A stretch of 64,000 nucleotides of DNA from an uncultured delta proteobacterium. GTDB lineage: Bacteria > Myxococcota_A > Polyangia > Polyangiales > Polyangiaceae. The notes under the pieces are model-generated. The model did not search any database, was not told where the DNA came from, and saw only the letters and a program-made list of their open reading frames with translations. The stretch's first letter is position 1; every line of letters begins with the position of its first letter. A program made the position numbers and the translations under genes. The DNA lies in NCBI GenBank assembly GCA_963716725.1, contig CAVQUB010000001.1, forward strand, positions 128,001 to 192,000, written 5' to 3'. Shown here in pieces: positions 39,835 to 51,928 of this stretch.

Positions 39835-42403
39835 ATGTGGAGCTTCTACCAGGTCATCTACAATCTCGCGCCCGAGGCAAGGACGCGGAACCGCTTGCTC
39901 GTGGCGGCAAGTGTGGCTTCGGCGGACGTCGCGACGCGTCGGGTGACGTCGGACCTCACGGGGGAGGCGGCCGCGCGATTCGTGGGGCTCGCGCTGCATG
40001 GGCCGCGGATCCCAGCTGCGCCGAGGGACGAGCGAACTTCGACCGAAAGGCCACTCACGCTCGCGCGGCCTCGGATCTCCAGGAGTCAGCGCGGGCCGAT
40101 TGCAGTACCCAAGGTCCCGAACCTGCCTCGTACATATCCCCTCGCCGCTCCGGGCCCCGGGACGGGTGAAGCCCCGCCAAGCGGCCCCATCGCAATTCCC
40201 GTTCCGCTCGAAGCGCGCATCGCGAACGCGATCTGGACCCACGTGAAGGGCGTGGGAGATGGCATCGATGTGGGCGTGGGCGGACGCTGGGTCTGGTTCC
40301 TGCGCAAGAGCGGCTCGGTTTGGAAGGTGGACGGCAGCAACGCGCATCAGGTCGAGTCTTTTCCCAATCCCGTCCTGCAAAACTACGGGCTCGGCATCTA
40401 CCCGGACCCCGTTCGGATCTCGGGGAGCCGACCTTTCGCTGACTCGGGAAATGAAAAGAGCGCGTTCGTCGCGGCCGGCAACTTGACCCTCTTCGGCGTC
40501 AAGATCGTTACCGACACCCCGGTGCTCGTCGATATCAGCGCTCAAGAGTTCGACGAGGACTACCTCAAGGACGGCGGTATCTTCGATGTCTTCGGCGTCG
40601 GCACCAAGGGCGAACTGCTCGCTCTCGTCCGCAACAGCGGCTTGACCTACTGGATGCCGATCAGCCTCGGCTACAAAGTGAAGGCCGTGCGTGTCGCCTC
40701 CGCGCGCAAGAACCCGCACCAGACGAATCCACTTGGCCTGAGCGAGGTCTGGTTCATACGCGACGATGACGAAGTCGCGAATTTGGTCGATCCCTCCGTC
40801 GGATTGGGTCCGTCGTCCGGCGGGGCGTGGGATCTCGGCGTGGGAGCCGATGGAATCGTATGGGCTGTCGGAACCTACGAGTCCTCAGACCCAGGCTCTC
40901 ACGGCAGTCTGCTCTGGCGATTCGACCCCGAGATCTCGCGGTGGGACTGGGTCTCGCCGGGTTGGGGCGTCGCCGTGGACGTGGACTCCGAGGGCAACCC
41001 ATGGGTGCTCGACGACCAGGGCAAGCTCTTCGTGCGCGGCCTCCGCGTGCTCGGGATCAACCGCGACATGCCGCGCGGTGAGCCACACCCGAATCAGAGT
41101 TGGGACAATTACTTCATCGAATTGGCCTGGCACGTCCTGGAGAGCGGGAAGATGCAGCCGCTCTCGACCGAGGCCGCAGCACGAACACGGGCACTCGGCG
41201 CAGGCGGGGCCACTTCACTGCACGCGTGGGACAAGGTGGACAACCTGCTCGCGTTCCTGCCTCCCTACGTGTCGCGCGATCCAGGTTTCGAGACTCTGTT
41301 CTGCCTCGCACCGATCTTCACCACTCGCCACCACATCCCGAACGAGGTTCGCCAGCAGGTCCCTGACGCTTTCGCGTCCGTCCAACTCCCGGGCGGAGGT
41401 GCGTTCGAACGCATCGACTTCTTGAAGCTGGTGCAATCTTTCCTCGTCAGCTTGCTCCAGCTTTCGTCGATTCCTGGCTTCAGGGACCGCGTTCGCTACT
41501 TGTCGTTGGGGAACGAGGTGGATGTCTACTTCAAGGACGTGTTCAACAAGCTGCCCGCAGGCGATGGGGCGAAGGTGCTCGGTAGCTACATCGAGTTCTG
41601 CAAGCAGGTGATCTCGAAAATCAGGATGACGCTGCCGAATACCAAGATTGGCGTATCCCTGACGCACCGGGCAGTATCCGAAGCGGTCGATGGAGGAGCA
41701 TGGGCGAGCACGTGGCACGCGATGGCCGACCTGTCCGATGTCGTGATCGTCACCTACCTACGCGGTGGACCAGGCCCTCAAGCCGGTCTCGCCCGCGCAG
41801 TACCAAGCCACGTTCGAGAAGCTCCTGAAGTTCGCTGGAGCGCACGGCAAGCCGCTGGTCTTGCAGGAGGTCGGCATGCCGACATACGGCACCGCTTTCG
41901 CCCAAGCCCAAGCGGATTTCGTCGATTACGTCTTCGACCGGTGGGAGAGCGAGGGGGGAAAAATCCGCTTCCTGTCCTGGTGGCCCCTGTTCGACTACTT
42001 CTACGATCCGTTCTTGGCGGTCGAGCTGACTGACCCCAACGACGTCTTTTCGCCCGTCAAGGTGATCGGAAGCTCACCGCCCATCGGCGGAAAGCCTGCT
42101 GTGCCGAAGACAATCACACTGGGCGGGCAGGACACCGGGTTGCCGTTCATCGGAGCGGGCAACGCCATCGCGCCGTTCTTCAATGGCCCGCGGCCGGGAA
42201 AACTGCCCTTCGAATTGTATGTGAACAACATCGACGTCGCCTACTGGCTCAATCAGAACGCGGTCGCAGGGCCAACGAAAGCGTTTTGCCAATTCCTTTC
42301 GACCTGCCGGCTGGCTAGCTCGGACGGAACGCAGAAGCCAGCGTGGGCCCGCTACCACGAGCGCGCCACGCAGCTCGGTTTCCAGTCGGTCGCGTCGCCA
42401 TGA
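39835..42403 (+). pseudogene. Tectonin-like propeller + clan GH-A-like glycoside hydrolase; frameshift near 41760
   Basis: DLGVGADGIVWAV and VDVDSEGNPWVLD repeats; SLGNEVD (acid/base); KPLVLQEVG (nucleophile) lies in the second frame 41765..42403. Confidence 0.65.
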
Positions 42404-43557
42404 CGGGCCGATTCGGACTCTGGTCGGTGAGGTTGGCCGGCGCCGGGCTGATGGCCGCCGCTTGCGGCGGGATCACGGGGCATCAGGACCGGACTGGGGC
42501 AGGTGGTACGTCTTCGGACGCTCAGGACGCAGGTGCCGGTCTGGACGGCCCATGGGATGGAACCGGCCAAACGGACTCCATGCCAGATGCGGGCGAGCAG
42601 GATGCGGGGGATGGCCATGTCGAGCCGAGTTGTCCCGTGCTCGCACCGGGAGGGAGCGCGCCGAAGTGCGCCGTTGCTGGCGTCAAGTGCGGGTGCGGAC
42701 TCGACTGCTGCGACCAGCGGTTCATTCCAGGCGGATCGTTCATGATGGGCCGAAGTCTGAACGGCACTGACGCGTACTCTCTCGGGCTCGACTTCGAGCT
42801 GCCGGAGCACCCGACAAACGTCTCGGACTTCTACCTGGACACGTTCGAGGTCACAGTGGCCCGCTTTCGTCCGTTCGTTCTCGGCTACCCGGACACCCTC
42901 CCCAAGGAGGGCGAAGGCGCTCACCCGAAGAAGCCAGGCACCGGATGGCAGAGCGCGTGGATCGCCGCTTTCGCTGCGCTGCCCGCGACGCGCGCCAAGC
43001 TGGAGACCCAGCTCACGTGCCCGGGCGAGAATCCGGGTATCGTCGAACCAACGTACGCCGCCGAGCCCGGCCCGAACGACGCGCTACCGATCAACTGCGT
43101 GAACTGGTACGAAGCGTTCGCCTTCTGCGTGTGGGAGGGCGGAAGGCTGTCCACGGAGGCCGAGTGGGAGTACGCGGCGGCTGGAGGCGCAGAGAACCGT
43201 CTCTACCCCTGGGGTGCCGAGCCGCCGGATTGGCCGTTCTTCAAGCGCTCTTGCCTGCATTCCAGCTGCATCGGGAAGTACGGAACCGTGGCTGGCGCGA
43301 GTCGTTGGGGGAACTTCGACCTTGCCGGCTCTCTGATGGAGATCGTCCTCGACACTCCGGCTGCCTATTCGCCAGACGAGTGCACGGACTGCATCGTGTA
43401 CGATCCGACGAAGTTCGGGAAGGATTCTCAGGTGATAACGGCACGGGGAGGGGCCTTCATCAGCAGCGAGTCTGAGCAGCGCGCAGCCTGGAGGGGTTCT
43501 GGGCTTCCGTGGATGTGGAGCGTTGGTTCGGGGTTTCGGTGCGCGCGCTCCCCATGA
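42400..43557 (+). CDS. Formylglycine-generating-enzyme (SUMF1) domain lipoprotein
   Basis: AAAC lipobox; IPGGSFMMG, FYLDTFEVTV, RLSTEAEWEYAA, GFRCAR. Confidence 0.88.
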   Translation: MTGRFGLWSVRLAGAGLMAAACGGITGHQDRTGAGGTSSDAQDAGAGLDGPWDGTGQTDSMPDAGEQDAGDGHVEPSCPVLAPGGSAPKCAVAGVKCGCGLDCCDQRFIPGGSFMMGRSLNGTDAYSLGLDFELPEHPTNVSDFYLDTFEVTVARFRPFVLGYPDTLPKEGEGAHPKKPGTGWQSAWIAAFAALPATRAKLETQLTCPGENPGIVEPTYAAEPGPNDALPINCVNWYEAFAFCVWEGGRLSTEAEWEYAAAGGAENRLYPWGAEPPDWPFFKRSCLHSSCIGKYGTVAGASRWGNFDLAGSLMEIVLDTPAAYSPDECTDCIVYDPTKFGKDSQVITARGGAFISSESEQRAAWRGSGLPWMWSVGSGFRCARSP

Positions 43558-43644
43558 GCGCCGCGACCGCCATGCCTGTGCCCCCCGGTCCTCGGTTGTG
43601 GCGACGGCATCGGCTCCCCGGGGACGATGATCACGTGCACCTCG

Positions 43645-45089
43645 CAGCTGCGGCGCCGAACATCTTGGAGTCGGCGCGATGCAATTGCACGCCGCGCAGC
43701 TGCGGCGCCGAACCTTCTGGAGCTGACGCTGTGCAACTGCGCTCGCCAGAACTCCCGGTCGAAAGCAGCGTACGCTTCATGCGGCGACGTCCTCCTCGTG
43801 TTGACGGGAGCACCGGTCGCACGCTTGTTGACGATTGTGGTCCAGCCGCCGCTTGCGCGCCTCTTGCCGCCGAGCAGCGAGCTCGTCAGGCACTCGAGCC
43901 CCGCGCCCGAAGTACATCTCGTCCGGGGTCTGCCCGTCGAACGCACTGTGGGGCATCCGCTCGTTGTGCTCGACCACGTAGAACTCCACGAGCCTCTTGA
44001 CGGTCGCGATGCTGTCGAGTTGGTGCAGGAACAGCCACTGAGTTTTGAGGGAGCGCCACCACGATTCGATCATCGAGTTCGAGAAGCTCACGTCGATCTG
44101 CGCGATGACGCGGCGAAGGACACCTTCACTGAAGAGCGGGTCCACGCTGGCGTTGAGGTTCTCGACGCCGGAGTCCATGTAGACCTCTGCTGTCATCGGC
44201 CCCTCCAGGTTGCTCGCCGCCCTCACAAGCACGTCGCGGGTGTTCATGGGATCGAGTCGGTCGGCGATCGTCCAGGCGAGGATTCTCCGAGAGAAGTTGT
44301 CGATGACCGCGTGCAAGTGCGCTTTCGTTCCATCGAGCAGCTTGATGATCGTGACATCCACGTGCCACGCGGCGTTCGGCGCGAGCGCGCGCACGCCGAC
44401 CTTGGGTTTCGGTGGGTAGAGACGGAGTCTCGGCCGCCGCCAGCCGTAGCGTCGGATGAGCTTGCCCCAGTTTGCCGGGTGAGCGAGGACTTCACCGACG
44501 CGCTGGGCGTGCAAGGCAAGCGCTCGGATGGACATGTGGCGATGTTCCTTGGACTGAACCAGGCTGCCGATTGCCTCGACCTCCGGCTGGGTCAGTCGCT
44601 GCGGCACAGTGCGCGGACAGCTTGGGCGGTCGTCGAGATCGCATGCTTTTTCGGCTCGAAACCAGACGTGATTGCGCGCTCGGGAGAGGCGGAGCACTCG
44701 GAGCGCCGCGGACAAGGCCATGCAGAAGCAGTCGAACAACTGTGATGAGCACCGCGGTCCGCCGCTCGAGCACGACGACACGAGCGCGAAGCTCGCCCTC
44801 CGCGCCAAGGTTCGGCTCCAGACAGACGACGCTCCCCATGCCTCGCCGGATCCAGCTCCGAACTGTCGAGCGCGGGATCTCGAACTCCGGAAACAGCCCC
44901 GGATCCCCGGTCTCGGCGATCTGCTGCTTGATGCGGTGGTCGTACGTACGGCGGGAGCGAGTGCTCATGTCGTCAGCAGAGCATGCACGGGCGCGTCAGT
45001 ATCGGCGCGCGGAGAGTCGGAAAAAAGCGAAGGTTTTCGCGGTGTGCAATTGCATCGTGACGGCTACAGAATGTTCAGCGCCGTAGCTG
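43645..45089 (-). mobile_element. IS family C (integrase-core DDE, IS3/IS481-like), full-length ends but broken transposase
   Basis: ~50-bp imperfect IRs CAGCT(A/G)CGGCGC(T/C)GAACAT; one end tandemly doubled (43645 and 43697); ORFs 44492..44968 and 43777..44808 with WHVDVT, IDNFSR, NSMIE. Confidence 0.85.
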
Positions 45090-45256
45090 GGCTTCTGCGC
45101 ACACCAACAGGTTCGGCTTCCAGCGTGCTCGCCGTTGGGCCCGGGGCTTGCTCCCGACTAGCAGTGCCCGGAGCAAGAACGCCCGTGGTTACCGCCTTCC
45201 AGTTCCACGAATTGGAGATCGGATCCCTCAGCATCAGCAGCGAGGGTGGTGCCCGC

Positions 45257-45400
45257 CTGACGCGTCGTGCGCTGCCCCACCGAGGAAGCGAGGAAGCTCC
45301 GTGGCTGGGCATCAGGGCCAGTGCGTTCGGCGCCCTCGTTCGTCGCCTGCACGTCGTCGGTCGGCACATCGCCGAGGCGGTCCGCAGGTGCGGGCCGCGC
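45257..45400 (+). pseudogene. DUF559-like endonuclease remnant (internally deleted)
   Basis: SEEAPWLGIRASAFGALVRRLHVVGRHIA resembles the DUF559 SE..LW..IR...FRRQ..VG..I N-terminus, joined to an IAEAVRR C-terminal piece. Confidence 0.6.
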
Positions 45401-46251
<851 letters not shown>

Positions 46252-46452
46252 GTGGTCGACCTCGCGGTGCGAGCTGCGAAGCTGGCCATCGAAGCCGATG
46301 GCGCGAGTCACGCGGGGCGCGCCGCCGCCGATGCCCGCCGCGACCGCAAGCTCGCGCGGCTCGGGTGGCGCGTGCTTCGGCTCGAGGCGGAGCTCGTGCT
46401 CCGCGAGCCGGAGGGCGCGGTCGAGCGGGTGCGGGAGGCGCTCAAGCGGTGA
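46252..46452 (+). pseudogene. DUF559 (Vsr-like) endonuclease C-terminal half
   Basis: VDL...KLAIEADGASH...DARRDRKLARLGWRVLRL. Confidence 0.82.
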
Positions 46453-46631
46453 ATGCGAGCGCCGGGCTCGACGCGCCTCGCGTGCACCGCGATCCTCACG
46501 CCGGTGAACGCTCGCCTCCTGCTCCCGGGACTTCCAAGTCCAAGGGGTCATCTCGATCCCGTTGCCGCGCCATGGTCGCTGAACCGGGACACCCGACCAC
46601 CGAGCAAGACGGGCGCTAGTCCCCTTCGGTG

Positions 46632-49600
46632 TCAGAACGCGCAGCGGGGGTCGCCATTCTTCGCGAACGCGCTCGGAGCAACCGTGCAGCCGGGAGTCGC
46701 GGCCTTGGGCACGCTCACGCTCGCGGTCGCCTGGCTCACGTTGCCGGCGGCGTCGCGGGCCTCGAGGGTCACCGTGTAGATCCGGCCAGAGCCGGTCCCG
46801 AGGCGGGACGCGCGCAGGCAGGTGCTGTCGGCGTCGAAACCGAGGTCTGCTGGCTCGTTGCTGGTGATTCCCACGATGCGCACCTGCGGATGCGGATCGC
46901 AGGCGTCACTCACGGCGTACTGGATGGTCGAACCGAGCTCGTCCCCCGTCGGGGACTTCCCAAGGTCGTAGGCGACGAGCTTGCCGTTGGGTGGCCAGAG
47001 GCAGGCGGGTGCGATCGTCAACGAACCGAGCACCGGGGGCGTCAGATCCGGCAGGCAGTCGAATCGAGTCCCGCCCGCGAGCACCAGTTTTCCGGCGTAC
47101 CGCGGGGGAGCCTGGGTGCGCGGCACGAACGCTGGTCGCGCCTTCGTGATCACGGCACCGAAGAGCGCATCGCGGCGAGGTGGCGCTTCGACGAGCTCGA
47201 TGACTTTGTCAGCAGCCAGTTCATTGCCGATGCCGAGTGTCGCGGAGTCCTTGACGCGGATGATCGCGGACCACCCGGTTTGTGGCAGCTCCGGCGCTCC
47301 GGTGCTGGGTGCGACATCCTCCCAGGCCGCCCCGATCACGATGACGCCGTTGCTGGTGCCTCCGACGCTCCAGCCAAAGCGATCGCCCGGAGACAGCGGG
47401 TTCGGGTTCGGCGGGGTCTCGCCTTGGTCGGGGATCGGCGCGGTCCCTTGCCGCCACAGCGCTTGCCCTGCCGCCGTGATGCCGTTCGGGCCGCCGCGCA
47501 GCACGTGCGCTGCACCCTTCGTGGTGTCCTCGTTGAACGCGCCGATGATGAGGTCGTCGTAGCGATCGAGGTCGGCGCGCGTGATCGCGAGATGCGCGCC
47601 AAACCCGTCATCCGGCTCACTCGCGTCCTTGATGGTCGTCCCGTCCGCGGCAGGGCCGCCCTGGACCAAATGCTGGCTCCCGGTGAGCCGCAACCCATCG
47701 CTGCTCCCGTACAGGACGTAGACCGCGCCGTTGCTGATGGAACCGCTCCCCTCGCCCGAGTGGACCGCGAGATCGACGCACGGACGACCGGCGTGGGAGT
47801 CGCCGTTGAAATTGCCGGCGGCGAGCTCACCGCCGCCGAAGAAGCGGCTGTTCGGAGGAGTTCCACCGATCAGAGCCAGATCGACGCGCTGGCGCAGGTT
47901 CTTGTCGAGGCCTGCCGCGCTTCCATAGAGGATCATCACCGCGCCGGCTCCAAGAATCACGCCCGCGTCGGGGTCGGCGGGCGTCGCCGCTTCCAACGGG
48001 TCGCCCACCGCGAGATCCTCGAAGCCGTCGCAGTTGAAGTCCCCCGTGGTCAACCCTCCGTTGATCGCTGGCGGCGAGGCCAGACCGAGGTCGGCGCTGG
48101 TGAAGATCGGCTCATTGCCGGTTGCCTGGAGACCAACGCCCTGGACTCCGTACATGATCTGCACGTCGGTCCCGGTGCGGATTGCCAGGTCATCCCTAGA
48201 ATCGCCGTTGAAGTCCCCAGCCGCGAGATCCTGGCCGAGACCCGCATCCGTGGCTGGAGCGCCCGAGAGCGGACCGCGATCGAACGCGACCGCCGTGAAC
48301 AAGCTCGGGGAGCTGGGCTCGTGGCGCAACGTCGCTATGATGCCTGCGCTCGACAAGCCCGAGACCGTGACGCCCGGAGCGCCGATCACCAGATCCTGGC
48401 GATCCGGGCTTCCATCGAAGTTTCCCCACGCGAGCGCGCGGCCGAACAAGTCACCGAGCGTCGATTTGTAGGTGAACGCGGCGGGGGAGCCGGCCGCGAG
48501 AAAGTCTAGCGTCACGGCTTGGACTTCCAGACCGTCCCAGACGACGTTCGTCAGGTTGTCTGTCGCCAGGCTGACCTGGCCGATCACCGGCTGGATGCCA
48601 ACCCCGCCCTGGCAGAACTTCTCGACACCGGCATCGGCGTCGGTGCCGGCATCTTCGCCAGCGTCGGCGCCGGCGCCGGCCCCTGCGTCCGGTGGATACG
48701 CGCACGTGCCTCCGGCGCAGCACTGCGCGTCGAGCGTGCAGGCCTGGCCGTTGGCCTTGCAGTCATAGATGCCAGGCGCCGAGATCGCGAAGGCCTCCTC
48801 GTCGCCGGGCCCATACCAGTTGAAGCCGCGTGGGACGAACTGCGCAGGCACGGTGAGCCCAACTCCTGACTTGCCCAGGAACACGTCTTCGCTCCCATCA
48901 AATCGGACGGCTGCGGTGTCGTCGATGCTGTCGCCGTCGAACCGCCCGACGGTGTAGTACTCGTACGGCCCCGCTGGCGTCCACGCGGCCGGGTTGTTCG
49001 AGAGCGTGAAGCTCGACGAGAACGAGTTCGGCGAGGTCCCGTTGAAGTAGAGAGGTAGCGCAGCGAGCACGCCGCCAATCGTCGAGACGATGTCCGCGTC
49101 ACCGTCACCGTCGAAATCGCCGTGGAACATGCAGCCGACATCCGCCGATACCGTTGGGAATGGCGTGTCGAGGAGGAATTGCTCCGTGCCGTTGTTGAAC
49201 GTCGCAGCGAGCTGGAGGTTGCCGAGAGGCGAGCTGCGGATCCCGATGGAATCGTCGGCTTGCCCATCACCGTCGAGGTCGCACGGAGTCAAGCTGACTC
49301 GCTTGTGCAAGCGGCAGCGCAACCAATTGCGGAACCCCGGCGCCGCGGAATAGTGCCCGAATGCCGGGGCAGGTGGGCCAGCATCATTGCCCAAGCGCGT
49401 GGGATCGCCTTCTTTGTAGATGCCGACGACGTCCCCGGCCACCCCGGTCGTGTGCTCGATGCACGGTCCGCCGGAGTCCCCGCCGACCGGCATCGCGGCA
49501 TAGGCACTGCTGTCTGGCTCGTACACCGTCGGAGTCGGTGTCACCTCGCCCCCGCGGCTCACCGCGAACATCGTGTCGGTGCGCTGGAGCGACGGAAACT

Positions 49601-50315
49601 TCGTCACCAATGGGTGCGGGTACTCCAGGACGGTGAAATCCGCCTTGCGCAACTGCCCGATAGTGGTCGCTCCACCCAGTGGTGCGCTGGCGGCCATGCC
49701 ATAGCAGGTCACCTTCTTCTGGTAGAAAGCCGAGGTCGGTTTCTGCGTGACCGCACGCTCGTAGAGACTGCCGATCCCGTTCACGGGGAGAGTCCCGAAG
49801 TTCATGATCGCGGCGACGTCTTGCCCGCGGTTATTGGCAAAATAGGAATCGTCCGAGCCAATGGGTGACACGTATCCTGGCGGGAACTTCGCGCCACAGC
49901 CCTCCTTCTTCTTCTTGGGGTCAGGAATCGAGGAGTCGCCGCACGAGACGAGTCTCTGCTGAACGCCACTGGCATCCGGCATCCTGATGCGCAGGTAGTT
50001 TGGCGCCGCGCCCTGGTTGGCCAAGCACGTCTTCTTGGCGAGCGTGTAGTCGGCGACGTGACCCGCGGTCAGGATGACGTCGTTCGCAACCAGCACACCC
50101 GTTCCCAGCGAGCAGCCGACCGGGTCGTTCTGGTTGATCACGTGCTCCAGCCACACGATCCCGAATTGACTTGCGACCGGGACCGCCGTGCCGCCGTAGA
50201 GCGCAGACGAGCCCTTGTTCGCAGGTTCATCTCGCGTGTCGCCACACGCGAAAGCCGTCAGCCCGATGCAAACAAACAGGGCGCTCGGGATGACGCGCCA
50301 GAAAGTGCTCCCCAT
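46632..50315 (-). CDS. Lipoprotein: trypsin-like protease + FG-GAP/integrin-alpha repeats + C-terminal Ig-like domain
   Basis: AFAC lipobox; LTAGH, GQDVA, GDSGGP triad; FGRALAWGNFDG, GDFNGD, DLVIGAP repeats; CLWPPN...GRIYTV. Confidence 0.88.
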   Translation of the reverse strand: MGSTFWRVIPSALFVCIGLTAFACGDTRDEPANKGSSALYGGTAVPVASQFGIVWLEHVINQNDPVGCSLGTGVLVANDVILTAGHVADYTLAKKTCLANQGAAPNYLRIRMPDASGVQQRLVSCGDSSIPDPKKKKEGCGAKFPPGYVSPIGSDDSYFANNRGQDVAAIMNFGTLPVNGIGSLYERAVTQKPTSAFYQKKVTCYGMAASAPLGGATTIGQLRKADFTVLEYPHPLVTKFPSLQRTDTMFAVSRGGEVTPTPTVYEPDSSAYAAMPVGGDSGGPCIEHTTGVAGDVVGIYKEGDPTRLGNDAGPPAPAFGHYSAAPGFRNWLRCRLHKRVSLTPCDLDGDGQADDSIGIRSSPLGNLQLAATFNNGTEQFLLDTPFPTVSADVGCMFHGDFDGDGDADIVSTIGGVLAALPLYFNGTSPNSFSSSFTLSNNPAAWTPAGPYEYYTVGRFDGDSIDDTAAVRFDGSEDVFLGKSGVGLTVPAQFVPRGFNWYGPGDEEAFAISAPGIYDCKANGQACTLDAQCCAGGTCAYPPDAGAGAGADAGEDAGTDADAGVEKFCQGGVGIQPVIGQVSLATDNLTNVVWDGLEVQAVTLDFLAAGSPAAFTYKSTLGDLFGRALAWGNFDGSPDRQDLVIGAPGVTVSGLSSAGIIATLRHEPSSPSLFTAVAFDRGPLSGAPATDAGLGQDLAAGDFNGDSRDDLAIRTGTDVQIMYGVQGVGLQATGNEPIFTSADLGLASPPAINGGLTTGDFNCDGFEDLAVGDPLEAATPADPDAGVILGAGAVMILYGSAAGLDKNLRQRVDLALIGGTPPNSRFFGGGELAAGNFNGDSHAGRPCVDLAVHSGEGSGSISNGAVYVLYGSSDGLRLTGSQHLVQGGPAADGTTIKDASEPDDGFGAHLAITRADLDRYDDLIIGAFNEDTTKGAAHVLRGGPNGITAAGQALWRQGTAPIPDQGETPPNPNPLSPGDRFGWSVGGTSNGVIVIGAAWEDVAPSTGAPELPQTGWSAIIRVKDSATLGIGNELAADKVIELVEAPPRRDALFGAVITKARPAFVPRTQAPPRYAGKLVLAGGTRFDCLPDLTPPVLGSLTIAPACLWPPNGKLVAYDLGKSPTGDELGSTIQYAVSDACDPHPQVRIVGITSNEPADLGFDADSTCLRASRLGTGSGRIYTVTLEARDAAGNVSQATASVSVPKAATPGCTVAPSAFAKNGDPRCAF

Positions 50316-50361
50316 GACAACATGCTTCGCATTTTTTTTTTCGCGTGTCACGCTGCGTTTG

Positions 50362-51597
50362 ATGAAGGTGCGCTGTTGCACGTCGGGTCGGTCGAGCGGT
50401 CGCCTGGGTGCGAGAGTGTGGTTGGCCGCGTTGCTCACGCTCGCCACGAGCTGCACCACCAGCTCGACGACGCCGACTGGCCACCCGCCGCGACCGACTG
50501 CGCCACCGTCGGCGTCCGCGCAGCCGACTGCGCCGCGCCACGCGCTTCGCGATACCCGAAGGGGTGGAGCCACGTGCCCGAAGGCCGCACCCGGACCGTA
50601 TCCCGCACTCAGCCGCAGCTTTCATCAGATCGCGTTGCCTGCCGAGGTCGCTTTCGAGCAGCTCGTCGGTTGGGACAATCGCGCGTGGCTGTTGTCTGGC
50701 GAGCGCCTGTTCGTGCACGACGGGAACACCATTGTCAGCGAGGTCCAGCTTTGCCCCGGCGCGGTCCCGAGCCGCGGCAGGTCGTACGGTCTCAGCGTCG
50801 GGTTGTCTGGAGTGTTCGCGGTCGGAATGGACGTGCGAGAAGATTTTGTCCTGGCGCGCGTCGCGAAAGACGGGTCCGTGAGCTGCCAGAACGTGCCGCG
50901 ACTGCCGGCAGGCAGCCTGCAACTCACGCTCGCACTCTGGCCGCAGAAAGATGTGATCGCCCCGCTCCCGCGTGACACGCGACCGTATCTGGGCCTGTCA
51001 ATCCCGTCCCCGCCGGTTGGTTGGGAGGTCGGTTGGTTCCTCTCCACCAGTCCCCGCTCCGCGTGGTTGCAGATGCCCGAAGTTCTGAACCGACGCATGT
51101 GGACCTTCCACTTCGACGGGCAGCGCTGGGCGCCCGCACCGGACGTGCCCTTCGGCCTGGCCGGCGACATGTGGGAGGATCCCACGGGCGTGACTTGGGC
51201 CATCCCCGAGCGCGGACCACGGCTGGCTCTGTTGATCCCCGGCGAAGTCTACTCAAGCTGCCCGGCCAAATACGATGGGAAGACCTGGAGTCTGGTTCCA
51301 GCCGCGGGAGAGAACTGGTTTCAGCCGCATTGGCTGACCGGAACCGCGGCGGATGACATGTGGTTCGTGGGCAGAAAGATCGTATTGCAGTGGGACGGCG
51401 GGCAGTGGCGGGTCGAGAGCTTCGAGGAGGACCTGGAGCGCCGCAGGCTGGTCGGGGCGTCGTTCGAGAGCCAGCCCTTCATGGACCAGTCGGGCTCCCT
51501 GTGGCTTCTGGGCAGGGATCATGCAGACGGAAAGCAGAAGCTCTATCGGACCGATCCGAAGCCGCCCAATGCTCCGCGAGGAAAGCCACCGGGCTGA
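50362..51597 (+). CDS. Hypothetical lipoprotein (propeller-like)
   Basis: ATSC lipobox; HFDGQRW, KYDGKTW, QWDGGQW repeats. Start uncertain. Confidence 0.65.
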   Translation: MKVRCCTSGRSSGRLGARVWLAALLTLATSCTTSSTTPTGHPPRPTAPPSASAQPTAPRHALRDTRRGGATCPKAAPGPYPALSRSFHQIALPAEVAFEQLVGWDNRAWLLSGERLFVHDGNTIVSEVQLCPGAVPSRGRSYGLSVGLSGVFAVGMDVREDFVLARVAKDGSVSCQNVPRLPAGSLQLTLALWPQKDVIAPLPRDTRPYLGLSIPSPPVGWEVGWFLSTSPRSAWLQMPEVLNRRMWTFHFDGQRWAPAPDVPFGLAGDMWEDPTGVTWAIPERGPRLALLIPGEVYSSCPAKYDGKTWSLVPAAGENWFQPHWLTGTAADDMWFVGRKIVLQWDGGQWRVESFEEDLERRRLVGASFESQPFMDQSGSLWLLGRDHADGKQKLYRTDPKPPNAPRGKPPG

Positions 51598-51685
51598 GGC
51601 GCCAAGGGCCAGTGCCGTTCACTGGGCGGTCCGACGCGAGGTTGGGCGGCGCTTTCGTGCGTAGTTGCTCATCTTGATCTTCACG

Positions 51686-51928
51686 CAGCTGCGGCGCTGA
51701 ACATTCTGTAGCCATCACGATGCAATTGCGCGAGGCGAAAACATTCGCCTTTTTCCGACTCTACGCGCGCCGATACTGACGCGCCCGTGCGTGCTCTGCT
51801 CACCACATGAACAGCCGCTCCGGCCGCGCCTACGACCACCGGATCAAGGAGCAACTCGTACGGACCAGAAACCCGGCCCTGTTCCCGGAGCTCGGCATCC
51901 CGCGATCGACAGCGGAGCGCGGCGGGGC
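51686..51928 (+). mobile_element. IS family C left-end remnant abutting the hemB stop
   Basis: Same junction as at 28332 and 31903; RAYDHRIKEQ N-terminus. Confidence 0.85.

Noticed and set aside
44492..44968. Programmed -1 frameshift of an IS3 OrfA/OrfB pair
   Set aside because: No slippery A-run seen at the junction; it looks more like an internal deletion in a single-ORF transposase.
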